Source: Eledone cirrhosa (Eukaryota). Taken from it: 64,000 nt of DNA. The position numbers and the translations under genes were made by a program. The first letter of the stretch is position 1; every line of letters begins with the position of its first letter. The notes beneath the pieces were generated by a model that worked only from the letters and a program-made list of their open reading frames with translations, did no database searches and was not told where the DNA came from. This document shows positions 1 through 13,644 of the stretch, piece after piece. The stretch lies in the NCBI GenBank assembly GCA_964016885.1, contig OZ024759.1, positions 14,012,001 through 14,076,000 on the forward strand, given 5' to 3'.

Positions 1-2649
1 TAGACAGGTTGTAACGTTATGAAAACCAAACAGGTCAGCTCACCATATCTTCCTCATACACTTTAGTTTTAGGGGTTGGTTTTCTATGGCTGAATGCCCT
101 TCCTAACACCAAACACTTTACAGATTAGACTGGATGTGTTTTTGTTGTGGCACCAGCACAACCACCTTATATCTATATCTATCTATCTATCGATCTATCT
201 ATATTATATATATGTATCTATGTATGTAAAAGGTAAACAGAAATAACAACACAATCGGTACAGTATACAGAAGGAATATATTAGGTTAACTTTTGAAATA
301 GCAGGAAGAGGGTCTTAACGTTTCGGACGCTAGTCCTTCAGAAGAAAGAATGAGAAAATAGATTGAGGGGACGGGCAGGTTGGAATTTGAAAAAATGTCT
401 TTAGATAAAAATAACAGGTCCATTCATGTTATATGTTTGTATGTATCACGGATTTTTGGAGTGGGTACACTATCCTTCTGTGTTGCAAGAGGCAACTAAA
501 ATAGTTGGCGTCAGGAAGGGCTTCCAGCTGTAGAAACCAAGCCCAAATACGGGTCTGTATAAGCAAGACATGGTCACCTGACCTGAATTATTTCATTATG
601 CAACATTCCATCTAACCCATGCAAGCGTGGAAAATGGATGTTAAACAATGATGATATATATATATATACAAAAAAAAATGCACTTAGTTCACCCTGTAAA
701 TTGGTTGTGCTGCTGACATGGCAAAAACCACTCACTCCACCCTGTAAATTGGTTGTGCTGATGACACGGCAAAACCTGCCCAGTCCACCCTATAAGCTGG
801 TTGTGCTGGTGACTTGGCAGAAACTGCTAAGTCCACCCTGTAAGATGGTTGTGCTGGTGATACAATAAAAAGCACCCAGTCCACACTGTAATGTGTTTGG
901 TGTTAGGAAGGGCATACAGCTATAGAAACCAAGGCAAAATACAGATTTGTATGAGTACGACGTGGTCTCCTTACCTGAATTGTCTCATAACACAACGGCC
1001 CATCTAACCCATGGAATGTGGAAATGGGCATTAAACAATGATGATGACATAATCTCCCCGGCTAGATATGAAATGTAGTCCCCCTCCTCAGCCCAGTTGG
1101 TAATATAGCCTGACACCCTCACTTATCCCAGATGGTAATAGCCCCTGGAAAGGTGTGTAATTTAGCCTGACACCCGAAACTATTCACTAAGTATTTTAGT
1201 AATCAGTTGTGACATGTTGTGTCCTTAAGCAAGACACTTTATTTCACGTTACTCATGTCTGTTCTGCTGGAAAAAATGATATGAAGGTGTCTCAGCCTTT
1301 GCCTTTTCCTTGGACAACCTTATATGTAATGTATATATATATATAATTGTTTCTACTTTTGGTACAAGGCCAGCAATTAACCAGTGTATTACTGGTACTT
1401 TATTTTATTGACCCCGCAAAGATGACAGGCAAAGTTAACTTTGGCGGGATTTGAACTCAGACTGCAAAGGGCCGTAACTCTATGCTGCAAAGCATGGCGT
1501 CCGACCCTCTACCGATACTGCCGAAAGGAGTAAAGTTGTAAGTTCAATTCCTGTTGGTATGTTGTGTCCTTGAGCAAGACACTTTGTTTCATGTTGCTCC
1601 AGTCAACTCAGCTGGCAAAAGTGAGTTCTACCTGTAATTCAAAGTGGCGCTCTGGTCTTCACGCTCACTGTCATGTTGAATCTCCCTGAGAAATTCATTA
1701 AGGGTTCACTTGTCTGTGGAAAGCTCAGGCACTTGCATGTTAATTTCATGAGTGCAGGTTGTTTTGTTGGTGAAACTGTTGAAGATTTAACACACACAAT
1801 GGATGTGTCTACCTAACTCCAGTTGAACAGGGCTGCTGCTATCATCAAGGCCAACTAGGCAGCCACATAGGGTGCTCACCTCATAGAGGCACATTGCTGA
1901 CCCTTAAGGAAAAGTGGATGTAAAATGATGATGATGATGATGATTACTCTGTATTTACTATTATATTTTCACATAATATCGAATCTATGAGATTTTAATA
2001 TTATTTATTTTGAGAACAATACCTTAACCTACGTATGAGTGGCTGGTTACAGCCAGTTTGAACAGAAAGAGGTGAGAGCATTCTGGCCGGATACAGCCGG
2101 TTTAGCCCTTTAGCATTTAAACCGGCTGTATCCAGCCGGAATTCTCCCACCTCCTTCTGTTCAAACTGGCTGTACGACTTTTCATACTGATGTTAAGGTA
2201 TTGTTCTCAAAATAAATAATTTTAAAATCTCATTGATTCGATATTATGTGAAATAATTACGTGGCATAAAGCTCTTGCAGTGAAAATATAGCGTAATGTA
2301 AATGCTAAAGGGTTAAAGGATCAGTTTTATACAAATTTGTATAATTAATTTAAATATATGAAAAACTTGCTGCCAATAAATGGATCAGCAAACATCTTTC
2401 TGATGTGGTGTTGTGGAATTATTCAAAGTAGTGGAAAGGATCATATAGTGTTATGACTGTAACATAATTTGGCATGGGTCAATGTAGACAATGTAGTGAC
2501 AATACCAGCTTGGTGATTCTCTTTGTGCGGTCACAGAAAGAAATGTAAAAAAACTAGGTTCTTTCAGCTTACCAAGCTGTAAGCTGAAATTATTTTATTT
2601 GGAAGAATGGGGTACAAAACTGGAGTGCACGTTGTAGGGTTAACCAAGA

Positions 2650-3570
2650 CAACTGAACAACCAGGTACACATTATAGGGGTAGTTATGACAGCTAAATAG
2701 CCAGGTACATATTGTAGGGGTAGATATGGCAGCTAAATAACCGGGTACCCATTGTAGGGGTAGATATGACAGCTAGATAACCAGGTACACATTATAGGGG
2801 TAGCCTAGAGTGCTAAATAACTAGGTACACATTGTAGGGGTAGATATGAGAGCTAAATAACCAGGTACATACTGTAGGGCTAGCCTAGGATGTTAAATAC
2901 CAAGGCACACATTTAGAGCTAGCCTAAAGTGCTAAAACCCAAGGCACACATTGTGGGTTTAACTAAGAGTATTAAATACCCAGATATACATTGTAGGGCT
3001 AGCCTAGGGTGCTAAATACTGAAGCGCACATTGTAGGGTTAACCAAGAGTATTAAAGTCCAAAGCACACATTGTAGAGCTAGCCTAGTGTGGTAAATGTT
3101 TACGCACCCCATAGGGGTAGCTTATAGTGCTAAATACCACGACACATTGCAGGGCTGGCTAAGAGTGCTAAGTACACATAATAAGGCTACCCTGGAGTGC
3201 TAAAATCCCAGGTACACTTTGTATGGTTAGCCAATGTTGCTAAATACCATTGTAGAGCTAGTTTAGGGTGCTAAATACCAATATACACATTGCAGAGCTA
3301 GTTTAGGGTGCTAAATACCAAGATACACAGTGTAGAGCTAGTTTAGGGAGGCTAAATATCAAGATTCACAATGTGGAGCTGGTTTAGGGGGCTAAATACC
3401 AAGATACACATTGTGGAGCTAGTTTAGGGTGCTAAATACCAAGATACACATGCAGACATACATTGTAGAGCTAGCTTAAGGTGGTAAACATGCAGGCATA
3501 CATTGTAGAGCTAGTTTAGGTTGATAAATAACCAGGTATACATTGTAGGGTTAGCCTAGGGTGATAAACA
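2650..3570. repeat. Diverged ~40-bp minisatellite (acacattgtagggctagcctagggtgctaaataccaag-like), about 22 units
   Basis: cattgtag..ctag..ctaaata recurs at ~40-bp spacing. Confidence 0.85.
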
Positions 3571-3885
3571 CCCGTTGACCCCGCGTTTGATGTCAGCCGT
3601 AAACACAGAGGCATGACACTTCCACCTCTCGACTTCGACCCGTGGTGAGTCAATTTGATTGAATGGAATTGTTCTACTCTAATATTCACCAACCTTTAGG
3701 CAACTATCTGTAAGATAGACCTTCCAGTTTGTTTATTATTAAAATGGTGGACGGCCGACTTCTACAATGGATTGAGCACTTTGACCCGGCCAAACCCAAT
3801 TTGATTACAGGTGAAAGTGTAAAAATAAATAATAAAAATGTGATTGCGTGTAGAATTCGTAATATATACACACACACACAAATAT

Positions 3886-3934
<49 letters not shown>

Positions 3935-4289
3935 TTTAGCTATTATGGACATACGTATGTATGTGTGGTTCTATATTTAAACATGTAAATAGATAGATCG
4001 TTGTCGATGAATGACCAATATAATCAATATAGAATCACAGCTGCTGCTAATAACTGGTACATGATATAGAAAATAATTGTAATATATATATATACTCTTA
4101 CATTTTGTGTGTATATAGGATCTTATATTTTATTGTGTGTGTATATATCTATATATATATATATAGAGAGAGAGAGATTCATAAAATATAAGTACATACA
4201 CACATACATGAAGTGTTAGTGTGGAAAAAAAAATAATTAAGAAAAACAACAGAAAGTCGTCTTCCCGACATTTCGAAATGAGATTAAGA

Positions 4290-4680
4290 AAGAGAGAAAG
4301 GGGGGGGGGGTATAGAATCGAAGAAAGAGAGAGAGAATTGGAGAGAAATAGATAGCAAGCGAAGGAGGGAGAGAGAGAGAGAGAGAATTGGAGTGGAACA
4401 GATAGGAAGTGGAGAGAGGGGGGGAACAGATAGAATGGGAAGAAGGATGGAGAGAAACAGATAGAAAGGGAAGAAGGATGGAGAGAGGGAGAAAGAAACA
4501 GATAGAAAAGGAAGGAGGGAGAGAGGGAGATAGAAAAGGAAGGAGGGAGAGAGGGAGAAAGAAACAGATAGAAAAGGAAGGAGGGAGAGAGGGAGAAAGA
4601 AACAGATAGAAAAGGAAGGAGGGAGAGAGGGAGAAAGAAACAGATAGAAAAGGAAGAAGGAAGGAGAGAGACTGATAGAA
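4290..4680. repeat. Polypurine tandem repeat (agaaacagatagaaaaggaaggagggagagaggg)
   Basis: Visible directly; it produces the spurious ORF 4130..4891. Confidence 0.85.
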
Positions 4681-4711
4681 ACCGAAGGTGGGAGAAAGTA
4701 AGAGTGTGAGG

Positions 4712-4845
4712 TAAGATCCGGGCAGTTGAGAGTGTGTGATTTCTACGCATGCGTACAGTGAAGAGAAAGGACGGTGTTTTTCTCCTGGATTCTATGTCTG
4801 TTTCGTTGTCCCTCTTAGAACTTTTCATGTACAGCCGCTGCCAAG
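4712..4845 (+). other. Candidate 5'-UTR exon of the CK1 gene (5' boundary uncertain)
   Basis: Unique CpG-containing sequence ending in AAG|gtacgc; splicing it to 7407 gives gccgctgccaagATGG. Confidence 0.45.
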
Positions 4846-5034
4846 GTACGCTGTTCATAAAATATACATACGTATACATATATATATACACACACCCATA
4901 TATATATATATATATATATAATAGTATTGATTATCATTCATGTAACTAAACACACAGCATTACATTATAAATATATATATGTCTCTCTTATACAGCAATG
5001 CCTTTGTTATTTACTTAACTCATAGGATACATTT

Positions 5035-5067
<33 letters not shown>

Positions 5068-5173
5068 GCTCGGAGATCGCTGAAATTCACCACATATGTA
5101 TATCTATCTATCTATCTATATATATATATATGGTCGGAGATCGCTGAAATAACACCAGTGATTTTCGTAAAAC

Positions 5174-5205
<32 letters not shown>

Positions 5206-5344
5206 GTGTATATATATATATATACATGTATATATATATATAACCTAATGTCACTCAAGTTTCGATCCACTTCCGCTGTGTCTTTTAATAACTAAACTTG
5301 TATGTTATATCATCATCATCATTTTATGTCCGCTTTTCCCTGCT

Positions 5345-5408
<64 letters not shown>

Positions 5409-5719
5409 TACAGCGTATTATCATCGTTTATCTTCCACGATACACACACATATGTGTGTGTGTGTGTGTGTGTATCGTGGAAGATAAACGATGATGATAT
5501 ATTGTAATTTATTTGTTAAAAATCTTAATTTTAATTTATTCCAATCTGACTTCGTTGTAAATCATAGAAAAACATTATACACTGTGTGTGTGTGTGTGTA
5601 TATATATATCCATGCAGATATATAATATACACACAAGAAACATTTCGTATTTAAATCCCTATAATATATAGTGTTCACATATATACACTCGTACATATAC
5701 TATTTATTCACATATCTAC

Positions 5720-6270
5720 GATCGTACATATGTAACATACCATATATTCACATTTATACACTCGATCATGTATAACATACCATATATTCACATTTATACA
5801 CTCGATCATGTATAACATACCATATATTCACATTTATACACTCGATCATGTATAACATACCATATATTCACATTTATACACTCGATCATGTATAACATAC
5901 CATATATTCACATTTATACACTCGATCATGTATAACATACCATATATTCACATATGTATAATCGTACATGTATAACATACCATGTATTGACATATATACA
6001 CTCGTACATATATTATTTATTCACATATCTACAATCGTACATATGTAACATACCATATATTCACATTTATACACTCGATCATGTATAACATACCATATAT
6101 TCACATATGTACAATCGTACATGTATAGAAACCATGTATTCACATACACTCGTACATGTATAACATACCATGTATTCACATATATACACTCGTACATTTA
6201 TAACACTATATATTCACATATTTACACATGTACATTATACCATATATTCACACATACAAATACCATATAT
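5720..6270. repeat. 40-bp minisatellite (catatattcacatttatacactcgatcatgtataacatac)
   Basis: Exact 40-bp period at 5741-5950 with degenerate flanking copies. Confidence 0.9.
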
Positions 6271-6410
6271 ATTTTACATTTATGCTTGTATATTATATAA
6301 ACATCATCATCAAGTTAAATGATGATGATGATGATAATGAGGTATATATAATGTATACAGTTTCAATTTCTGCTTGTTCTCAAGCTGTGGAATAAGGGAA
6401 TTTTCTTCAT

Positions 6411-6469
<59 letters not shown>

Positions 6470-7406
6470 AAACAGTGTTATTAATAGATGAGAGAGAGAT
6501 GTGAAAAGTAAACGGAAAAAAACAAGATAAACAATTCAGTACAAAAAAGATATTTATTAGTTTAGTGTTTGATATAGAAGGTAAATAATCTCAACCTTTC
6601 GGACACTAGTCCTTCATCACAAGATAAAATAAGAATAGAAAGATTGTGAAAAGAGGAAGGAACAGAAAAACATTTTTTTTTAAAGAAAAAGCACGTGTGT
6701 ATTTAGTCAGCCATTTTAGGGATATATATATATCCTAAATAAAAAACATATATATATATATATATACACACACGCATGTGTGTGTGAGTGTGTATAATAA
6801 TCATTTAACGTCATTGCTTGAAGACGGGCGTTAAATGATGCTGATATATATGTGTGTGTGTATATATATATATACTTACACACACACACATTTGTATATA
6901 TAGCCTTGCCTGACAACTCTGTGAGTGCACAGAAGAAAATCCGGAGTAACAAGGCTCACACTTGGCCAAAATAAAGAAAATATTGTCTACTCATTCTCGC
7001 GAGTGTATATACATATATATATATAAATAGAGAGAGAGAGAGCTTGTCATTCACTCCATTGCTACTTCGACTCTCACTTTGGTGCGTTCATTAAGGCTAC
7101 AAAGATATGAAAATATGTATACATGTCGCATTTAGACTTGTATTAATAATTATGTGTATATACACAATTAGTTAGGTATATATACTCTATTCACAACCGA
7201 CAGGAAGATTAGTGGGTTTATGACGAATTATAAAGGTTTTTTTTTTTTTGCTTTCGTTTAAGACAGGCCTAATTAATATTTCAATTCTTCATATATATAT
7301 GTAATGTGTGTGTGTGTCTATTATCTATACATTTTTTCTAGTGTGTGTGTGTGTATTATACATATATACATATATATATTCATATTTTCCCTGTCTTTTA
7401 TTGTAG

Positions 7407-7482
7407 ATGGAGCTCAGAGTTGGTAATAAATACCGTCTTGGTCGAAAGATAGGCAGTGGCTCTTTCGGAGATATATATTTAG
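7407..7482 (+). CDS. CSNK1D: Casein kinase 1 delta/epsilon, coding exon 1 ([26 protein letters not shown])
   Basis: Hand translation gives the canonical CK1d/e N-terminus with the GSGSFG glycine loop. The ATG directly follows an acceptor (ttttattgtag|ATG); donor G|gtgagt at 7483; 76 nt, phase 1. Delta versus epsilon cannot be resolved. Confidence 0.97.
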
Positions 7483-7656
7483 GTGAGTATATATATAATG
7501 TATGCACAACACTGAGTGATATATATATATATATAACACTTATATATGTATGTATATGTTTTTTTAAGTAGTAAACTTAAATTATCCCGTGGAAGAAAAT
7601 TTGCTATTTAACCCCCCCACGAACCCCATCTCGTCATCTCCATGACAGCATTGATT

Positions 7657-7676
7657 GGGGTGGGGTGGGGGTGGGG
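7657..7676 (+). promoter_or_regulatory. G-quadruplex-forming motif G4TG4TG5TG4
   Basis: Four runs of at least 4 G with 1-nt loops, 175 nt downstream of the exon 1 donor. Confidence 0.55.
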
Positions 7677-9479
7677 ACTCACCAACTACATCATTAAGCG
7701 TGGATATCATTATTTAAGGTGATACAATATCATTTGCTGAATATTTGGCTGTTACTTCTAGCAAATCGAGTGGCTGTATAGAGGACTTGAAGAATTTAAG
7801 GGTGTCGGATCCCCAGAGAAAGAAATTTGCCTTGTTTGGTATTGGGTTATGTCCCTTTACATTCTAGGGTCGTGTTTCCTTTCCGATTTCTGGGCTTGAT
7901 TAAAATTTAAGAGTGTACCAATGCTGTATTAGGGTTTAAAGATATTCTACAGTTAATTTACCCCTGAAATTGTGGTATGTACTTTACCGACCCGCACCCT
8001 CTGTATGGTAGCTGAAAACCATTTAAACACATTACTACACACACACACACACCCTATATATGTGTGTGTATATATATATATATATATATTTATATACTAT
8101 ATTACAAATTGTAATAATTATACTTCGTTAAAATGCGATAGAATTGAAGATTTCAATAACTTTCGTTTTAGGTATATAAAATTACAGACAAAATGAAAGG
8201 CATCCGTTTGATCACCTGCATTAAATTAATTTGGGGATGTTTCGTTTTAGGGATATAAAATAACACGATAAAGTGAATAAAAAAAGCTGCGTTTTCCTTA
8301 TAAAATTTCGCCTTTTGATTTTTTTAAATCGATAAACTGGATGTTTTATTTGTGAATTATTATTTTTCAATACCAACCTTCTTCCTCTCCGACAACAGTC
8401 AACTGCCGCCCACCAATAAATTACCTCATCGCGGTGACGCATTCAGATGTGAGTCCCAGAAAAGAAAAAAGATCGTGCTTGACCCTTTTGTTATATTCAT
8501 AATGAAAGACACTGCCTATGATTTTCAAATAATTTTGAAACATAACTTAACAAAGGTTGTTAAACATTAAAAACCTTTCGTTTCATATTTCTAATGACTT
8601 CTGCCTTTCGAATCATTTTGAAAATAATTTTTTTAAATTATGTGATTTAGTAATATTAACCTTTCCCATTAATCTAATATTTGGAACATAACATGACAAA
8701 GGTTACTTAAAATAATGATGCAAGGTTTTTAGATAAACCCTTGCAAGCTGGGAAAAGCGGACGTAAAATGATAATGATGATGATGATGAAACATTTTAAA
8801 GTAAACATATTTGTATCGTAGAACCAGTGGTGGTGGTCTCGTGTGGTTTGGTATCAAATGGTTAAGCTGGTGTTTGGAACATAACTTAACAAAGGTTCTT
8901 ACATAAAAGTTTTGAGATAAATATAAACATTTTGAAATAAAGTTTAGACCCGTAGAACCAGGAGTTAAGGTTGCGATCACACTTCAACCTTTGTTTCACT
9001 TATTGTCACTATTATTTTTACTTTCACTTTCAGATTTATCTTATCACATATACCTAAAGCGAAACATCGCTAATGAATAATGTCCCCCTTCCCTTTTCTA
9101 CTGTTACCTTAATTTATGGTGGAGTCGGGGTAGGTAATTTTCGTGCGAGTAGATGGGGCGTGGCAGCAGTGAAAGATTTTTTTTCTCTCCAGTAACAAAC
9201 ATTACATCCATTAATATGGGAAATACCTTCTCTGTGGGAGAGGTGTGGTGGTGGTAGGAAAGAGCCTCCCCCCCCTCCGCTCGTCTGTTGTGGTAGTTAG
9301 AGCATGTCGGGTGGTGATAATGGTGGGAAATACCCCCTCCCCCCTCCATCTGTGGGAGAAGTGGTGACGTGTGGTGATTGCGTTGGCGAAGTGAGTAACG
9401 AGGAAATATGCTTTGAGGTCGATTAAAATGACAACTACCTCTTTCATTGCGTTACGTTACTTGCTCTGGCCTTGCCGAT

Positions 9480-9522
<43 letters not shown>

Positions 9523-9740
9523 GGGGGGGTGCAGTCACACATCAGTAATAATAATAGTTTCTAATTTAAGTACAGGGCCAGCAATTTGTAGGGGTAGGGT
9601 GGGGGCAACATAATTGGCTCGATACCAGTTCATTACTGGTACTTTATTTTATCAACCCCGGAAGAATGAAATGCAAAGTTGACCTTAGATAAGAAATGCT
9701 GTGTATTGTTTGTGTTGTTTGTTTTATACAATTAATGTCA

Positions 9741-9782
<42 letters not shown>

Positions 9783-10370
9783 TCATCATCATCATCAAAC
9801 GTCCGTGTTCTTGCATGGGTTTGGACGGGGGTTTTCCCACTTGAGGCAAGAGTGATTGTCTTGCTCGCATAGGACTGTCTGGCGGGTTTGTTACAGCTGG
9901 ATGCCCTTCCTAACACCAACCACATTTACAGTGTATATATATAATATATTTATATACACACGCACACACTTATATTTGGGGATTGTCAAGTTACTAGTAG
10001 AAACAGATGCACCATAATCTTTTCACTTTATCTTTGTTATTCTTTCGTCACACATTCTATGACCTCAATGATTATCTATTTTGTGTGGAGTAGAGTTTAA
10101 GCCCAGAAAAAAAGGAGGGACAAAACAGATAATCATTGAGGCAGTCAGAATGTGTGACGAAAGAACTTTGAGAAATCGAATGAATAACTAAGATAAAGTG
10201 AACAAATTATGGTGCATGTGTTTCTTTCTATTGGCAACAGACCTTCCCTAAATATAACAATATCAGCTTCAACACACGATTTCACATCAAGAATCATGCA
10301 GAACAAATACATAAACAAGTATATATATATATATATATATATATTCATACATATATACATATATATCTAT

Positions 10371-10590
10371 CTAGGGTGGGTAAAATTCCTGAGATCTATG
10401 TACGAGTTCTCTCGCCATGTCCTGCGTCTCCTTGAGACCAGTGTCTGTCCTTAGGGCATCAATGTATGCCATCCTCAATGTCCCTCTTCTAGTGTGTCCA
10501 TGTAGGGGCTCCCACAACACCACTGAGTGCAGTGTCAACTCTGAATGTCTGTGAACATGTCCAGCTAACCTCAGTCTCCTCATTCTCTCT
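10371..10590 (-). mobile_element. 3' fragment of a different non-LTR retrotransposon family
   Basis: RRLRLAGHVHRH..VVLWEPLHG..RRG..YIDALRTD is a typical RTE-group C-terminus. Confidence 0.7.
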
Positions 10591-10806
10591 CACTAAAATA
10601 TACTCAGGTTTTTCTCTTTCTTTTCTCTTTTTTTTCCCTATTCCAACGCCTTAATTTAAATATACTGTTTTTAAACTTTTCCAACACTAATTTGCATAAT
10701 AAACCAACAATAAATCTAATAACTCCATTATCCAGGAGATTCCAACCAGAATGGTTGCATTTTTTATGGGTATGTCAATATTTATTTATAAAACTAACCT
10801 ATATTA

Positions 10807-10872
10807 TATTTTATCTGATGAAAGCGCACCATAGTTTGCTCAGGTGGCCCTTGAAATATGTATAATGAAATA
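10807..10872 (+). ncRNA. Putative minimal type-I hammerhead ribozyme, intact core
   Basis: Stem I tattttat/atgaaata; CTGATGA 10815-10821; stem II aagcgcacc/ggtggccctt; GAAA 10853-10856; T-atgt-A stem III; AUA cleavage triplet 10862-10864. Confidence 0.65.
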
Positions 10873-12703
10873 AATATGGTTTTATAAATATAGTTTCCAT
10901 TTGTTAATATATTGTATATATATATGTATGTATGGTAGATATGAGTGTAACTATAGTTCCAGGAGGTTCGTTGGTTAAAGTACTGAATGCTCTTACAAGG
11001 TTTTGTCCTGTGTAGAGTTAGAATGTGTTCTGTGCCGGTGAGCACATCTGATGAGATGTAAATGCAGAGTCAGGCCCCAAACATGATCAAACCTTGAGCT
11101 GATTGATATCGAAGCATTTTTCAAATACAATGAAGTTCATTTCTGGTGGTACAATCTTCACTTTGTTCCTGCTTATTTGTATGTGTGTGTATTTATATCA
11201 TCATCATCGTTTAACATCCATTTTCCATGGGTAGGACGGGCTGACCTTTTGGGAGAGAATTAGGTCATAGGACCGTGTTTCGCTTCCCTGGGGCTGATTT
11301 TGGCTTGGTTTCGGCAGCTGGATGCCCTTCCTAACGCCAACCACATTTACAGTGTGTGCTAGGTGCTTTTTATTGTGTCACCTACACAACCACTTTACAG
11401 TATGGACTGGGCACTTTTTGTTGTGGTGCTTACACAACCACATTATAGTGTGGACTGGGCGCTTTTGTCTTGACAATATATATATATTTATATACATAAT
11501 TGTGTATTCTCATGTTTAAGTTTATCAGATAAGTCACACCTCCATTTTACATGCATTATGTAGGGTTACCTCAAACTTTTGTAGGTTTCACTGGCCTCCT
11601 ACAAGGTTGAATCTCATAGGTTTCTTGGGTATTTTAATTATAGGGCTCCAAATACTATGATGCAAAGTAGGTTTAGCTGGTCTCCTATTAGGTTGTATCT
11701 CAGGTTTCTTATGTGTTTTAATGATAGGGTCCCCAGCTCTATAATGCTATTACAGCTCACACTATAGGTTTCTTCAGTCTCAGCTTACACCTATGTAGGT
11801 TTAGGCGGTTGTCTGTCATAGAAAGTTAGTTCTGTTTTAATAATAGGGAACCCACGCCTAACATATAAAGCGATTTGCTCAAGAACACAACCCTCTCTAA
11901 GTATCGATCCCACGACCTATTCTGATCAGGAGTCGAACATCCAAACCAATAATTTACTGGAAGTTTTGGGTAGGGTGAAAACATACTCCTGTTAGATGCC
12001 CCTACACCTCTCCTACATCCACTCTATGTGCTGGAATGGTGGCGGTGGTAGTGGTTTCTGAAGTTCCCAGCAGCAGGAAATATATGGAAAGAAATCTAGC
12101 GTGAATTATTTGGTATGGAAGAGGGCAGGGATGGGGCTTTCTTGATTGGGACTGGCCGCAAAGTCGGGGATCAGGTTCACCACAGGAACAAGGGTTGTGT
12201 GTGTGTATATATATGTATATATAGTGGCCACAAAGTCGGGGGTAACGACGTAACGGTCACCACAGGAACACGGTTTGTGTATATTTTATAGATATTTGGT
12301 GGCTGCAGTCGATTGCCCCCCTCCACACGGGTTGTGTGTGTGCATGCGGATATCTATATCTGTATATGTGTGTGTGTATAAATTTAATTAGCAATTGTAA
12401 TTTGATGCTAATCCAAATAACAGACTTACGTAGGGAGGAGAATATAATCTTTAAAACATATACCGAATGTTTGTGTATGTATATATGTATATATATATAT
12501 ATATATAACGGGATAAACGTAGGTTAAATGACGACGATATATATACTATATATACTCGTTATATAAGTCGCACCTTTTGTACTTGAAAATGCAATGAAAA
12601 ACCAGCATGCGACTTATTTACTGGGCCTACTAAATCTCAATTCAAAATATATTGCATATTATAAATGTAAAATGGAGGTGTAACATTTCTCTCTATCTCT
12701 CTC

Positions 12704-12744
<41 letters not shown>

Positions 12745-12876
12745 ATAAAAAACGAAGTTTCGTTTACATGTATATATTTATTCCTCGTTTTTCTTTTATT
12801 TTTTCTTATATACTATGCCTGTGCATAGAGTGTTTGCTTTGGTACCAACACCAGTAATTCACTGAATCACCTACAC

Positions 12877-12914
<38 letters not shown>

Positions 12915-13597
12915 CTGACAATGTCCCCGTCAGCAAGCAGGAGCTTCTATATTAAAACTTAGTTTGGTTTAAACCCTGCTCCAGCAAGGAAGATGGCCTT
13001 AAAACGGTTGTTATTATACAACTCTGGTCTCAACTGATTCTTCTCTTCTGTCATTCTTTTCATCTGGCATTCTTGAATATCTGGTGGTAGTGGTGGTAGT
13101 GTTGGCCGTGGTGATGAGGATGATAATGGTGGTGGTGTTTGTCTGTAACGAGGGAGTGTCTTTTGGTGATGTAGGGAGGGTGGCTGTGGTGGTGTAGGTA
13201 TAGAGATGTAGTGAAGCTCACTGGAGATATCTTTGGCTTGTGGTGGTTATGTAGTGATGATGTTAGTGGTGGTGGTTATGTAGTGATGAAGGTGGTGGTG
13301 GTGATATAGAGAGATGAAATGAGACTTGCTGGATAGTTATGGTGGAAAGAGAGATGAAGCGAGACTTGGCTTTCGCTTGCAGTGATGGGGATATCGTTTC
13401 CACTGTCGATTTGTCTGTCTGTGTGTGTGACTCATAGCAACTAATACACACACACATTCACGGACTCCTATACACACACTCTCATACTCACGGATTAATA
13501 CACACACATACCTGTTTTATACATACATATACATGCCTTTATATATATATATGTGTGTGTGTGTAGATATTCGTTTCATAAGAGTAGGGTTTACATG

Positions 13598-13644
<47 letters not shown>

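Noticed and set aside
4130-4891. 253-aa hydrophobic ORF resembling a membrane protein
   Set aside because: Translation of a polypyrimidine repeat (S/L/F/P-rich) with no domain.
9104-9349. Nested minus-strand protein-coding exon
   Set aside because: Low-complexity His/Gly-rich 81-aa ORF with no recognisable domain and no linked exons; kept only as part of the CpG-domain finding.
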